This document shows positions 12,680 to 22,522 of a DNA stretch of 64,000 nt, one piece after another. Made by a program: the position numbers and the translations under genes. Numbering within the stretch: the stretch's first letter is position 1; the number at the start of each line of letters is the position of its first letter. Source of the DNA: an uncultured delta proteobacterium (GTDB taxonomy: Bacteria; Desulfobacterota; Binatia; Bin18); assembly GCA_963733195.1 (NCBI GenBank), contig CAVTCR010000003.1:27600-91599 (forward strand), in the 5' to 3' direction. The notes under the pieces were generated by a model. It ran no database searches and was not told where the DNA came from. It saw only the letters and a program-made list of their open reading frames with translations.

Positions 12680-13323
12680 GATAATTGCTCCTTGTAGCGA
12701 GGGTCCAAAACTCCATGAAAAAACAAATCTAACAACATGTTTGCGTCTTCGGCAGCGGTACGGCTGGTGAGTCCGAGGGTCCGTTGTTGAAAACACCCAC
12801 GCATGGCTTCGTTCAGCGCAAAGGCTGACGCTTCGACATCATGGGCTCGCAGCACCCCGGCATCGACTCCTTCTTTAATGATGCTGGCGATAAAGTTAAT
12901 GTAGCCGAGGTAGAGGTCAAGCATCTGAGCAGCTTCAGGATGGTTTGGAGCGGCGGCAAGAAAATTTCGCTCCAGCAGAAGCATCTTGAAGAAATCGCGT
13001 TGCGAATCGCTCAATTCCATGCTTGCTTCAACTAACCGGCACAGCTTCTCTAGGGGTTGAGTGACCTCTTCGACTTCCGCACGAATCTGATTGGTGAAGT
13101 TCACCATGCCCTGCTCGACCGCCGCCTTGAGCAGTTCTTCTTTGGTATGGAAGTAAAGATAGACAGTGCCTTTGGCGATTTTTGCTTCCTCAGCCACCCG
13201 ATCGATCGTTACCCCCTGAAATCCATGGCGAGCAACCACACGACGTACCGCTTCGAGGATTTCACGGACACGAAAGTCCCGGACTAACTCTTCTTTGCCG
13301 TTTGTGACTGAATTTCTAGTCAT
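12676..13323 (-). CDS. TetR/AcrR family regulator
   Basis: VTIDRVAEEAKIAKGTVYLYF HTH; first gene of the efflux operon. Confidence 0.9.
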   Translation of the reverse strand: MTRNSVTNGKEELVRDFRVREILEAVRRVVARHGFQGVTIDRVAEEAKIAKGTVYLYFHTKEELLKAAVEQGMVNFTNQIRAEVEEVTQPLEKLCRLVEASMELSDSQRDFFKMLLLERNFLAAAPNHPEAAQMLDLYLGYINFIASIIKEGVDAGVLRAHDVEASAFALNEAMRGCFQQRTLGLTSRTAAEDANMLLDLFFHGVLDPRYKEQLS

Positions 13324-13343
13324 ATGACTGACCATACAGTCAT
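13324..13343. promoter_or_regulatory. Putative TetR operator palindrome ATGACTG-N6-CAGTCAT
   Basis: Perfect 7-bp inverted repeat abutting the TetR start codon. Confidence 0.65.
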
Positions 13344-13692
13344 TCTAAAGACAAATTCAATCCTCGTTTTCGCAAAAAAGACTTATGTTGATCTACAGTT
13401 GAGATTATAGGGAGATTTGGGACAGCACAGTGACACGCCTTTGATGAATTACCATTTGCCTTCGACGATCTGTCGATGCTGTCGACGTATACAGCGCGAG
13501 CTCAATCTCTGAGAGGGTAGCAAGTGGGGAAACCTTAGGATGTCCGCGTACACAGGTATGATGAAGCTGAACCCACGAAAATCACGCTGACAGAGTGCGA
13601 GAATTCGCTTTCGTGGTGAGTATTGCTTCACTGTGCCAGGGTTGTCAGCAACCACCGAGTACGCCCTGTTCGCTGTTCTCCTACCGCCTTTT

Positions 13693-15117
13693 TCAGCCCT
13701 TGTTCTTCTGTTTCAGCAGATCTCCCAATGTCATCCCAAACCCACCGCCCTTCTGCGATCCCTTGATATAGGCTTGGGTTTCGGCTTGTTCTTCTTGGGC
13801 AAGCACCTTGGAACGCGAGAGCCGAATGCGTTTGCCGCCTTCTTCAATCGCTGCGACTACCACTTTCATTTCGGTCCCTGGGCCAAAATCCTTGCGATGA
13901 TCGGTGTTACGCGGGGTGCCCATTTCTGCGTTAGGGATCAATCCTATTTGTCCAGGGCCAATCCGCACAAACACGCCAAACGGCTCGACTCGCTCGACGG
14001 TACCAGTGATGACTGCCCCTACCTCTGCGCCCTTGACTTCTTCACCCGCGGTTGCCCCTTCTGGTGCCAGAGCGAGGGAAATTCGCTTCTTCCTCGGGTC
14101 AATACCAAGGACCATAATGGCGATCTCAGCGCCACCGGCTGCGGCTTCTTTCAGTTGGCCTTGTTGGCTGCGGGGAATTTCGCTCATGTGCAGCAGCCCA
14201 TCGACTCCAGGCAGCAGTTCAACAAACAAACCAAAGTCCGTCGCGCGAACGATTTTTCCCGTCACAATTTGTCGTTCGCGTAACTGCCCAGCCACAGTCG
14301 CCCAGGGGTCTCCCTCAAGAGCTTTCAAACTCAGAGTGATTCTCCCTTTTTGTTCATCAACTTTGAGGATTTTCACCGATACTTCTTGACCGATGCTCAG
14401 GCGATCCGCAGGTTTTCCCACGCGCGAATGCGACAGTTCCGATAAAGGAACAAGTCCTTGAATCCCCCCCAGATCAATGAACGCACCGAAGTCAGCCAGG
14501 GAAGCCACTTTGCCTTGCAGGATCGCATCAGGAACGATTCTCTTCCGTGTTTCTTCTGCTGCCTTAGCTGCTTGTTCCTCTAGTAATTGCCGTCGCGACA
14601 GGACAAGATTCCGCCCGTTTTCACCGTACCGTGTAACGCGGAACTCAAGCACTTGTCCAAGGAAGGCATCCGACGAAGCCACTCGACGCGTATCAATTTG
14701 GGAAAATGGACAAAAAGCACGAAGGCCTGCGACCGCCACTTCATATCCGCCTTTGATCACCCCTGCAACTCTCCCCTCGATCGGCAGACCGCTCTCTACC
14801 GCCGCCTCTAGCATCGCTCGAGCTTGGGCTCCTTTGAGTAATTTGCGCGAAAGGCGAATCTCTCCATCCGTTGAGAGCACGGTTGCTTCAATTTCGTCGC
14901 CAATCGCAACCTGTAGCGTCCCATCGTCGTTCTCTAACTCGGCGCGGTTCATCAGCGCCTCGCCCTTTCCTTGCACATCGACGAACACGCTATCTGCACC
15001 GATCTGCAACACCCGTCCCTTCACTATCTGACCAGTCTGTAAGGTCGGGCCAGTTTTTTCACGGGCAAGTAGCGTGGCGAAATCTTCTTGATTTGCCACT
15101 CCCTGTTCTTCACTCAT
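13693..15117 (-). CDS. Multi-S1-domain RNA-binding protein (ribosomal protein S1-like paralog)
   Basis: About five S1 repeats (DFGAFIDLGGIQGL, DFGLFVELLPGVDGLLH, PFGVFV); C-terminal GMTLGDLL. Confidence 0.85.
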   Translation of the reverse strand: MSEEQGVANQEDFATLLAREKTGPTLQTGQIVKGRVLQIGADSVFVDVQGKGEALMNRAELENDDGTLQVAIGDEIEATVLSTDGEIRLSRKLLKGAQARAMLEAAVESGLPIEGRVAGVIKGGYEVAVAGLRAFCPFSQIDTRRVASSDAFLGQVLEFRVTRYGENGRNLVLSRRQLLEEQAAKAAEETRKRIVPDAILQGKVASLADFGAFIDLGGIQGLVPLSELSHSRVGKPADRLSIGQEVSVKILKVDEQKGRITLSLKALEGDPWATVAGQLRERQIVTGKIVRATDFGLFVELLPGVDGLLHMSEIPRSQQGQLKEAAAGGAEIAIMVLGIDPRKKRISLALAPEGATAGEEVKGAEVGAVITGTVERVEPFGVFVRIGPGQIGLIPNAEMGTPRNTDHRKDFGPGTEMKVVVAAIEEGGKRIRLSRSKVLAQEEQAETQAYIKGSQKGGGFGMTLGDLLKQKNKG

Positions 15118-18100
15118 TGTTTTTTCCCTTTCTCATGCGTAAACCAACGGGTGTAACACGCACGAATCGCTTCCCGTTGTCGCTGATACTCAGCGAGGAG
15201 TCGGGCTGGCGCCTCCTCGCCTTCATATCCTAATCGGCGGGCAACAGAAAAGAGTTGCTCACCGCTGCTCTCCAACGCTTCGACAGGTTGGTCGCGTTCA
15301 ATCCGGAGACGGTTCTCTAGTGTCCGCAAAAACCGATACCCCTGAGTTAATAATTGAAAGTCCTCCGAAGGCAGTACCAGACTGGCCTGCAGCGCTTCAA
15401 GTGCTGGTAGCGTCGCCCGTTGTCGTATCGCTGGATACTGTGGGCCATAGCGCAATTGCAGCATTTGTACAAGGAACTCAATATCAACAATCCCACCACG
15501 ACCAGTCTTGATATTGAATCGTCCCTGTCCTTCTTGCGCGAGTTCTTGCTCCATACGGCCACGGAGGCGGTCAATTTCCGCCACTCCGGCAGAGTCAGTT
15601 CCCCCACTATACGCGAATCGCTCCAGTGCAGCTTCAATCTGGGGGTATAAGGCGGCATCACCAGCCACCATTCTTGCTTTAATCAGGGCCTGTCGCTCCC
15701 ACAATTGGGAGCTAGTTTCGTGATAACGCGTAAACGCTGCGAGTGAGGAGACAAGCGAGCCTGAGCGACCCGAAGGTCGCAGGCGAGTATCAATCTTGTA
15801 GACGTATCCTTCGCGAGTCTGCACTTGGAGCACGGAAATCAGTCGTTGCGCTAACCGAGTGAAACACTCCTGTGCACCGAGCTGGCTAGTTTGGTCCTCT
15901 GCCGTTGGCTCATACAGAAAGATCAAGTCGAGGTCAGAATTATAGTTCAACTCCCCGGCTCCGAGCTTTCCCATGCCGATAATGGCTAGCCGTCCGGGAA
16001 GGACAGATAATTCAAGTTGTCGTAGGAGAGCAGTCTGCGCAATAGCAGAAGCCCCAACTAAACACGCTTCCGCCAACGCTGAGAGTTGGGCACTTGCTTC
16101 GGTGAAGTCGAGCAATCCATTACTATCATGAATACCGATACGTAAGAATTCCTCCGTCCGATAGCGCCGCAAGATGTCGAGCTGATCTTCGTATTCGTCC
16201 ACTTCTTCGAGGCGCGCATCAAGTTCAGTTTGCATTTCTTTGCGTGTCTTCTGTACGCGGACAAGGTCGGCCCGAACTAAGCTATCAAGTAACTCAGGGT
16301 GACGGAGAAAAATCTGCGTCAGATACTCACTCGTCCCGAAGAGTCCAATCAACGTGCGCAACGTCGCGTCATTCTCACGGAGGAGCGAAAGAAAACTCGA
16401 CCGTGCACCAATAGACGCGATCAAATTCGCCATCGCCGCCAGCGCACGATCGGGATCGGCAGCACGGGACACTTCATGAAACAGTTTGGGAGCTAAAGCG
16501 TAGAGAAGCTTCCGTCGTTTCGGAGACGCCGGTGCATGAGGTGGTCCATCGTGGAGGAGCTTCAGGTGCTCGTAACTCTCCGGCAGATTACGAAAGCCAA
16601 GTTGTTGGAGATGCCACATCGCCCGCTCTTCCTGGCGTAACTCTTGCAAGAGAGACGGAATCCCCGGATCAAGCTCTTCCTGCGCTTCCTCAGGAGCATG
16701 AAACAACGAGTGAAATATCTGATGAACAGCATCGGTATGCGCATATAATACCGAGCGGAAGTGCGCAACTTCGTCTTTCTGAGGGTCAGGGGTCGGGGGT
16801 CGGAGGTCGGAGGTGTCTGAAAGTCCGGCGTCCGGCGTCCGGCGTCCGGCGTCGCCCGGAAGGTCCGCATTTTTTAAGCTTGATTTCTCTAATTCTGCAT
16901 TCTGCATTCTGCCTGCCCCCTCCGTCGGGGGGCATTCTGCATTTTTTTCCAGGCGGAGCCGTCGCGCCAATGCTCGCAGTCCTTCCTCATCACTCGGGAG
17001 GGTATGCGTTTGCCGGTCCTGGACCACCTGCAGTTTATGCTCAACATGACGGAGAAAATGATACGCCTCACGAAGGACATCGCGGTCTGTTGCCGACAGA
17101 TATTTCCCCTCAACTAAACGGTCGAGCGCAGGTAAAGTGCTCCGGTGACGAACATGCGGATCTTTCCCCGCATGAATTAGCTGGAGAGCTTGCGCGACAA
17201 ACTCAACTTCACGAATCCCGCCGCGGCCAAGTTTCACATTGAGCGCGGCACGGTCCCCGCTACGCAGTGCACGCTCAACACGGGCTTTCATCTCTTTAAT
17301 GTCTTCAACCGTAGAAAAATCCAGATACCGACGAAACACAAACGGGGAGACCTCACGTAAGAATTGTTCGCCTAATGCAAGGCTCCCAGCAACGGGACGC
17401 GCCTTGAGGAGCGCTACACGTTCCCAGGTTTGCCCCCAGGATTCATAGTACAGCAGCGTATTAGGCAAGGAATTGACCATCGCACCATTCATACCATCCG
17501 GGCGAAGCCGTAAATCAACGCGAAATACACGGCCTCCGGCAACGAGATCACTTAAGGTTCGGGTCAGCCGTTGAGCCAGTTGGGTAAAAAAATTGCGTGG
17601 CTCAGTTTTTCCCTTGCTCCCACCAGTAGTCGGGCCGGCATCTTGTTCATATAAATAGATAAGGTCGATATCAGAACTGAAGTTCAGCTCCTCACCACCG
17701 AATTTTCCCATGCCAAAGATAACAAAGCCGAGCGGACGGATCTGGCCGTTTTCCTCAACCACGGCCTCACCGTACTCCGCACGGAGGTGGGTACGCACAT
17801 ATTCGTAAGCGATCTGGACAGCGGCTTCAGCCAGATGGCTCAGGTCTTGAACCGTATCCTCTAATGTCGCTTTTCCTAAAAGGTCCCGCGTCCCGATCCG
17901 AAGATACTCGCGGTTACGATACACCCGAAGACCACGAAGAAACTCTTCTTCTGAAAGGTCTAATGTAAGTTGCATCCGCAACGTCGCAAGATGATCTGCG
18001 ACCGACTTGACGGTGGAGGTATGATCCGAACAGAAAGCATCTTCCCACCCGGCTTCTTGATGCAAAAGCACGCCGGTCAGATGTTCACTCGCTCCGAGGA

Positions 18101-18314
18101 GAAACAAGAGGTCGTGGCAAAGCTGTGGAGAACCCACAACCTCAGCTCGTCCAATGCCATACTCAACCAAACGACTGAAATTCGCGGCAGCAAGGGAGGG
18201 ATCTGGAGCCGCTGCTACCCCAGCCAGGATGTTCTCCCAGTGAGTTTCAAGCAAGACGCGATGGGGAAGAAGGGAGTGGAGGATGACAGACGAAAGATCT
18301 GTAGCAACCGACAT
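15114..18314 (-). CDS. glnE: Bifunctional glutamine synthetase adenylyltransferase/adenylyl-removing enzyme
   Basis: Two nucleotidyltransferase domains (GMGKFGGEELNFSSDIDL; GMGKLGAGELNYNSDLDL), DLRLRP/DTRLRP, KLGRGGIREVEF. Confidence 0.93.
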   Translation of the reverse strand: MSVATDLSSVILHSLLPHRVLLETHWENILAGVAAAPDPSLAAANFSRLVEYGIGRAEVVGSPQLCHDLLFLLGASEHLTGVLLHQEAGWEDAFCSDHTSTVKSVADHLATLRMQLTLDLSEEEFLRGLRVYRNREYLRIGTRDLLGKATLEDTVQDLSHLAEAAVQIAYEYVRTHLRAEYGEAVVEENGQIRPLGFVIFGMGKFGGEELNFSSDIDLIYLYEQDAGPTTGGSKGKTEPRNFFTQLAQRLTRTLSDLVAGGRVFRVDLRLRPDGMNGAMVNSLPNTLLYYESWGQTWERVALLKARPVAGSLALGEQFLREVSPFVFRRYLDFSTVEDIKEMKARVERALRSGDRAALNVKLGRGGIREVEFVAQALQLIHAGKDPHVRHRSTLPALDRLVEGKYLSATDRDVLREAYHFLRHVEHKLQVVQDRQTHTLPSDEEGLRALARRLRLEKNAECPPTEGAGRMQNAELEKSSLKNADLPGDAGRRTPDAGLSDTSDLRPPTPDPQKDEVAHFRSVLYAHTDAVHQIFHSLFHAPEEAQEELDPGIPSLLQELRQEERAMWHLQQLGFRNLPESYEHLKLLHDGPPHAPASPKRRKLLYALAPKLFHEVSRAADPDRALAAMANLIASIGARSSFLSLLRENDATLRTLIGLFGTSEYLTQIFLRHPELLDSLVRADLVRVQKTRKEMQTELDARLEEVDEYEDQLDILRRYRTEEFLRIGIHDSNGLLDFTEASAQLSALAEACLVGASAIAQTALLRQLELSVLPGRLAIIGMGKLGAGELNYNSDLDLIFLYEPTAEDQTSQLGAQECFTRLAQRLISVLQVQTREGYVYKIDTRLRPSGRSGSLVSSLAAFTRYHETSSQLWERQALIKARMVAGDAALYPQIEAALERFAYSGGTDSAGVAEIDRLRGRMEQELAQEGQGRFNIKTGRGGIVDIEFLVQMLQLRYGPQYPAIRQRATLPALEALQASLVLPSEDFQLLTQGYRFLRTLENRLRIERDQPVEALESSGEQLFSVARRLGYEGEEAPARLLAEYQRQREAIRACYTRWFTHEKGKKQ
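16781..16947. repeat. Heptanucleotide tandem-repeat blocks inserted in frame in glnE
   Basis: (ggaggtc-like)x5, (gtccggc)x4 and (attctgc)x3+1 with a small GC-rich palindrome. Confidence 0.85.
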
Positions 18315-18320
18315 AGAGGT

Positions 18321-18401
18321 GAGGCTAGAGGCTAGAGACTAAAGGCTAGCAAAAATGGCTCATTCCCACATTCCTCCAAGCCCCAAGCCCTCAGTCTCTA
18401 C
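18321..18401. repeat. Intergenic heptamer tandem repeats forming an imperfect hairpin
   Basis: gaggcta-like x4 followed by roughly complementary ccccaag-like x4. Confidence 0.7.
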
Positions 18402-18412
18402 CTTCATCATAT

Positions 18413-19024
18413 TTACGCTGCCTGTGGCGTTGCGGCACTCATGGTTTGGCACGCCTCAAGCAGCCACTTGATACTCGACATTTCGTCATCAACGAACGAC
18501 TTCAAAAGTTCTTTGCTTTGTTGGTCCTCCTTGATCTGCGCAATGACATCCGTGATCGGTTTCAAGGCCGCAGCAGGATCAGTGAGACGGCTCGCAATTG
18601 ACTGGAGTTTCTCGAGATCCTTCTTCTCCGCCGAAGCATAGAACGGAAGCTCTTTGTCACGCCGCTCCTGCGGAACCGTACATTGCGGCACTCCACCAAG
18701 TTCACGCAACCGCGCTTCTAAAATCTGGGCATGGAAATTTTCGCGTTGCTGAACCATTCGTATTCCACCCTTCACACACTCTTGGTCGCTGACCTCAACC
18801 CAACGATTAAAGTATTCAGCTGCGAAGTTTTCCGCGCAGCGGGCTTCATCAAGCAGATGCATGATCATTTCGCGCTCGGTCGCGTGCGTCTTGCCATTAT
18901 GAATATAACTCTGCCCGTTGCCGTTTTTGACCTCACTCATCTGTTGTTCGAACAGTTCGTCGGAAATCAATCCTTTGCGGTATGCTTTGAGGAGCTGCTT
19001 TGTTTCAAAATCTGCAGTCGCCAT
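18413..19024 (-). CDS. Ferritin-like four-helix protein with N-terminal SHOCT-like segment
   Basis: LLKAYRKGLISDELFEQQM (SHOCT-like); RENFHAQILEARLRELGG ExxH helix; good RBS. Confidence 0.6.
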   Translation of the reverse strand: MATADFETKQLLKAYRKGLISDELFEQQMSEVKNGNGQSYIHNGKTHATEREMIMHLLDEARCAENFAAEYFNRWVEVSDQECVKGGIRMVQQRENFHAQILEARLRELGGVPQCTVPQERRDKELPFYASAEKKDLEKLQSIASRLTDPAAALKPITDVIAQIKEDQQSKELLKSFVDDEMSSIKWLLEACQTMSAATPQAA

Positions 19025-19322
19025 ATAACTCTCCTTTCACAATAAGAGACAAGTATTTGATTTTTCCCAATACATCCTAAGAATACGGCAGAAACTACGA
19101 AATTGGATGCGCGCTGTCAACCAAGAAACGAGCAGAGGCCATAGCAATTTTCTGGTCACGCCATAGCGCCTTCTTTATGTCGCGAATTCTGCTACACCCC
19201 AAGCCAGGACAATCTCTTTAAAAATGACCTGTGCTCAAGTGCGTATTTTTATGTATCTCTTCGAAATGAAACTGGTTTTCCCTGATCGAGTTCTCACGCT
19301 CTAGGCTCTTTCACTCTCTTGA

Positions 19323-20591
19323 ATGTCGATACATCACTCGGTATATTTTGTTCCTCCTATGGTTGTGGCGGCTGTTATTGTGGGACCTGGTGGTAGAGCC
19401 CCCTCTCCACTTACTCAATTCGGTGGACTCTCTCTGATCAAGAGAGCTGTGTTCACTGCCCAGAAGGCGGGAGTGAAAACGTGCTATCTCTATTTTGACC
19501 AAGAGCAGGAGAAGATCAAACACGAATTGCAGAATGATCCCCGAGTCACAAGCCAGCTTGTTTGGCTCTCTTCAATGCCGAGCCAAGTTGCTCAGTGTGA
19601 CAAACAAGGGAAGTGCCTCATCTTCGCGACCGACACAGTTTTTCGTCATTCGACAATTCAGGCGCTTGCTCACTTCTCTCCAGAGCAGACGTCCGTTGTT
19701 ATTGAATCCACAGGCACACCGACCCTTGCGCTTGTTCCGATCTCGACTCTGCCTCTTGTTATCGCCGAAATACAGCAAGGAAAGCCCTGGCACGAAACGA
19801 CCCCAATGCATCAGAGCGCACGCATCCAGCCTCCGTCTGGTCGTGGAATCTTTCTGCAGCGGTTAACTGCAACGACACAGAATGTTACTGTTGAGCGTGA
19901 ATTACTCTTATCGCTAGAAAACCCACGCGATGGGCAAGTCGATACCTATTTCAATCGCAAATTGTCACGCCCTATTACTCGTTGGCTGTTACAGACACCG
20001 CTCACTCCTAACCAAGTCACGATACTCTCCTGCACTGTTGGACTACTCGGTGCGCTGTGCTTTTTCCCCGGCGACTATTGGGGACCGGTGTTGGGCGCAT
20101 TCCTCCTCCAGTTCTCGGTAGTCCTTGATTGCTGTGACGGTGAGATTGCTCGCGTCAAATTCATGGAATCTCCGCTGGGGGATTGGCTGGACATTGTTTG
20201 CGACACGATCGTAAGCATCGCTATTTTCCTTGGTATCGGCGTCGCAGTCTGGCGTGACGGCACTGCTCAACACGCGTTGCTACTGGCAAGTCTACTCGCT
20301 GTTGGCGGCGCACTCTCCTTTCCCTTTGTAACGCTTGCCGAAAAGACCGAAGCGATGGGAGAGCGTCGCAAAGGATGGGAAGATCACACTATCAAGAAAC
20401 TACTCTCCAGCCTAACGACCAGAGATTTTTCTGTCGTGGTGGTTGCCAGCGCTATCGTCGGCAAGCTTAACTGGTTTTTGTGGGGTGCTGCGCTTGGTGC
20501 GCATGCCTTTTGGTTATTCTTGGCATGGTTATTATTCCGTGCTGGACGCTTTGTCGAACTCGCAAACGTGTGGGGGCGAAAGGGAATATGA
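19323..20591 (+). CDS. CDP-alcohol phosphatidyltransferase with degenerate N-terminal NTP-transferase-like domain
   Basis: TPNQVT, DCCDGEIAR...GDWLDIVCD signature; N-terminal GGLSLIKRAV. Confidence 0.8.
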   Translation: MSIHHSVYFVPPMVVAAVIVGPGGRAPSPLTQFGGLSLIKRAVFTAQKAGVKTCYLYFDQEQEKIKHELQNDPRVTSQLVWLSSMPSQVAQCDKQGKCLIFATDTVFRHSTIQALAHFSPEQTSVVIESTGTPTLALVPISTLPLVIAEIQQGKPWHETTPMHQSARIQPPSGRGIFLQRLTATTQNVTVERELLLSLENPRDGQVDTYFNRKLSRPITRWLLQTPLTPNQVTILSCTVGLLGALCFFPGDYWGPVLGAFLLQFSVVLDCCDGEIARVKFMESPLGDWLDIVCDTIVSIAIFLGIGVAVWRDGTAQHALLLASLLAVGGALSFPFVTLAEKTEAMGERRKGWEDHTIKKLLSSLTTRDFSVVVVASAIVGKLNWFLWGAALGAHAFWLFLAWLLFRAGRFVELANVWGRKGI

Positions 20592-21439
20592 AACAACAGA
20601 CAAACACATGGCAGAAGACCTTCATAATATGGTTTTTCGTTCTGCTGGTCACTTCTGTGGCTGCACATGCTGAGGGGGAAAACCATGATCCCTCTCACAA
20701 CCACAAAGCTGAGGTGGCCCAGGATGATGGAGAGAACCACTCGACGCATCATCACGAAACTGGTGGCACTGAGGATTCGGCAACAACGCCCTCTTCACAA
20801 GAGCGACAACCTGTGAATCTCATCGCTCCGTCAGGCCATCATCACCATCATCGCCCACCCCTGCTTCCACCCAGATCAAGATCAAGCCTATTCCGAGTTG
20901 AATCACCATATCGCTGGAGTGTTTGTTTTCTCGCAGGAGGATTAGCGCTATTGGCATCAGCCGACAGTGTCCGGTTTTCCTGGGCACGGTTTGGGTGGCC
21001 TGGCTTCTTTTTTCTGCTTGGTGTGTTTCTGCTGGTTCGTCACGATCCAGAGTCATGGCCCGTGGGGCCGCTATCACTTCAGGAAAGTCTAAGTGACGCG
21101 CAAGTCGTCCAACACGTCATCTTCGCGTGTATCGTTCTTGGTATTGGCATTATCGAGTGGCTGCGATGTCGTGGGACGCTGACCCATTCAGCATGGAGTT
21201 TGGTTTTTCCGGCACTTGCCGTCTCCGCAGCATTTATGTTGTTTGCGCACAAGCACGGGGAAGGCCCATCCGCAGATAAGATCTATCGTCACCACATCAT
21301 TATGGCGATCGCCGGTGTGATCGCAATGATCGCGAAAGTAATCGCTGACCTTCAGCTTGTGAAGGGAAAATTTAGCGATTATCTATGGACGGGACTGATG
21401 ATGTTCATTGGCCTGATGCTTTTGCTTTACACAGAGTGA
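20588..21439 (+). CDS. Membrane protein with signal peptide and His-rich periplasmic N-terminus (possibly metal binding)
   Basis: Signal peptide ending AHA; HHHHH tract; several TM helices with His (VVQH, HKH, YRHH). Confidence 0.6.
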   Translation: MKQQTNTWQKTFIIWFFVLLVTSVAAHAEGENHDPSHNHKAEVAQDDGENHSTHHHETGGTEDSATTPSSQERQPVNLIAPSGHHHHHRPPLLPPRSRSSLFRVESPYRWSVCFLAGGLALLASADSVRFSWARFGWPGFFFLLGVFLLVRHDPESWPVGPLSLQESLSDAQVVQHVIFACIVLGIGIIEWLRCRGTLTHSAWSLVFPALAVSAAFMLFAHKHGEGPSADKIYRHHIIMAIAGVIAMIAKVIADLQLVKGKFSDYLWTGLMMFIGLMLLLYTE

Positions 21440-22473
21440 GCTTTCTGCGGTAAGAAATTTCGTCCCATTTGCATAAGGGCCGCAAGGCCGATTCCATTGT
21501 GTATAGTTTCGCGAGCACGCCTAAGTGCCATCAACGTCAGTCCGGCGCCATCATCAATCCCGAGTAAACGACACAGGAATACTCCACCAGCTTCCTGCAC
21601 GCCTAAGGCACCAGGAATAATCAGCGCAGCCACAGTCAATGGTTGAATCATGGCCTCGATAATAAGGGCGTCAGTGGGAGCCGCAGGCACCCCCATAAGA
21701 AAAAGAAAGACGAGTAACTCGATCGCTCCAAACAGCCATCCGCCAAAATGGTAGCAGGTAGACACGACAAACCCGCGCGTGTTGCCGTCGTAAAAGTGCA
21801 ACAGATGAGCATCGATGTCTCTGGCACGTTCCTCCCACCGCACAAGCCGCCGCCATCGAGGCAGCAATCGCCGGAGGAAGCGAACGATCGTACTCATCAA
21901 CCCACGACGTTGCCAACGAATGAGAAGCAGAGTGAAGCCATACGCCATCAGCAAAAGCGGGCCTAGTATCCACCATCCCTGCTGCACCCATCCTAACCGA
22001 TGTAAGAAGAATGGAATCCCAAGCAGAATAAAAACTATCTGTGAGATGGTCAGCGCGGTTTTAGCAACGACCACTGAGGCTAAGCCCGCTTCCGTGGGAA
22101 GCCCGTGTGCGCGCAGCATATAAACTTTCACTGGCTCGCCACCGAGGTTGGCGGTTGGTGTTAAGTTATTCACCGCCTCACCGGCTAAGCGCGCCAGCGA
22201 CCAACGCCACAACGGAATATGAGGAAGCCGTACGGTGGAGGGCAAGGCACAGGCCCATCCTTTTGCATCGCACAAGGCAATCACGACTGACGGAAGCAGC
22301 AGCAACGGCGCCAACCACCCAATGCGTTCTACATAGCCGAGAATCTCACTGACTCCGACTTCCCACACGAGGAAGCCGAGGAGACCCACGCCAGCCAGTC
22401 CCGCGACGATGTTCAAAAGGAGACGTCGATTAGGACTTCCAGAATGTGTACGGTCGTTGGATGATTCCGTCAT
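21427..22473 (-). CDS. Lysylphosphatidylglycerol synthase TM-domain / flippase-like protein
   Basis: RLAGEAVNNLTPTANLGGEPVK and IIPGALGVQE motifs. Confidence 0.8.
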   Translation of the reverse strand: MTESSNDRTHSGSPNRRLLLNIVAGLAGVGLLGFLVWEVGVSEILGYVERIGWLAPLLLLPSVVIALCDAKGWACALPSTVRLPHIPLWRWSLARLAGEAVNNLTPTANLGGEPVKVYMLRAHGLPTEAGLASVVVAKTALTISQIVFILLGIPFFLHRLGWVQQGWWILGPLLLMAYGFTLLLIRWQRRGLMSTIVRFLRRLLPRWRRLVRWEERARDIDAHLLHFYDGNTRGFVVSTCYHFGGWLFGAIELLVFLFLMGVPAAPTDALIIEAMIQPLTVAALIIPGALGVQEAGGVFLCRLLGIDDGAGLTLMALRRARETIHNGIGLAALMQMGRNFLPQKAHSV

Positions 22474-22522
22474 TGCTGCATTTTTTCATTGAATCAAGGA
22501 ACGAATGAGTCAATGAATCAAC

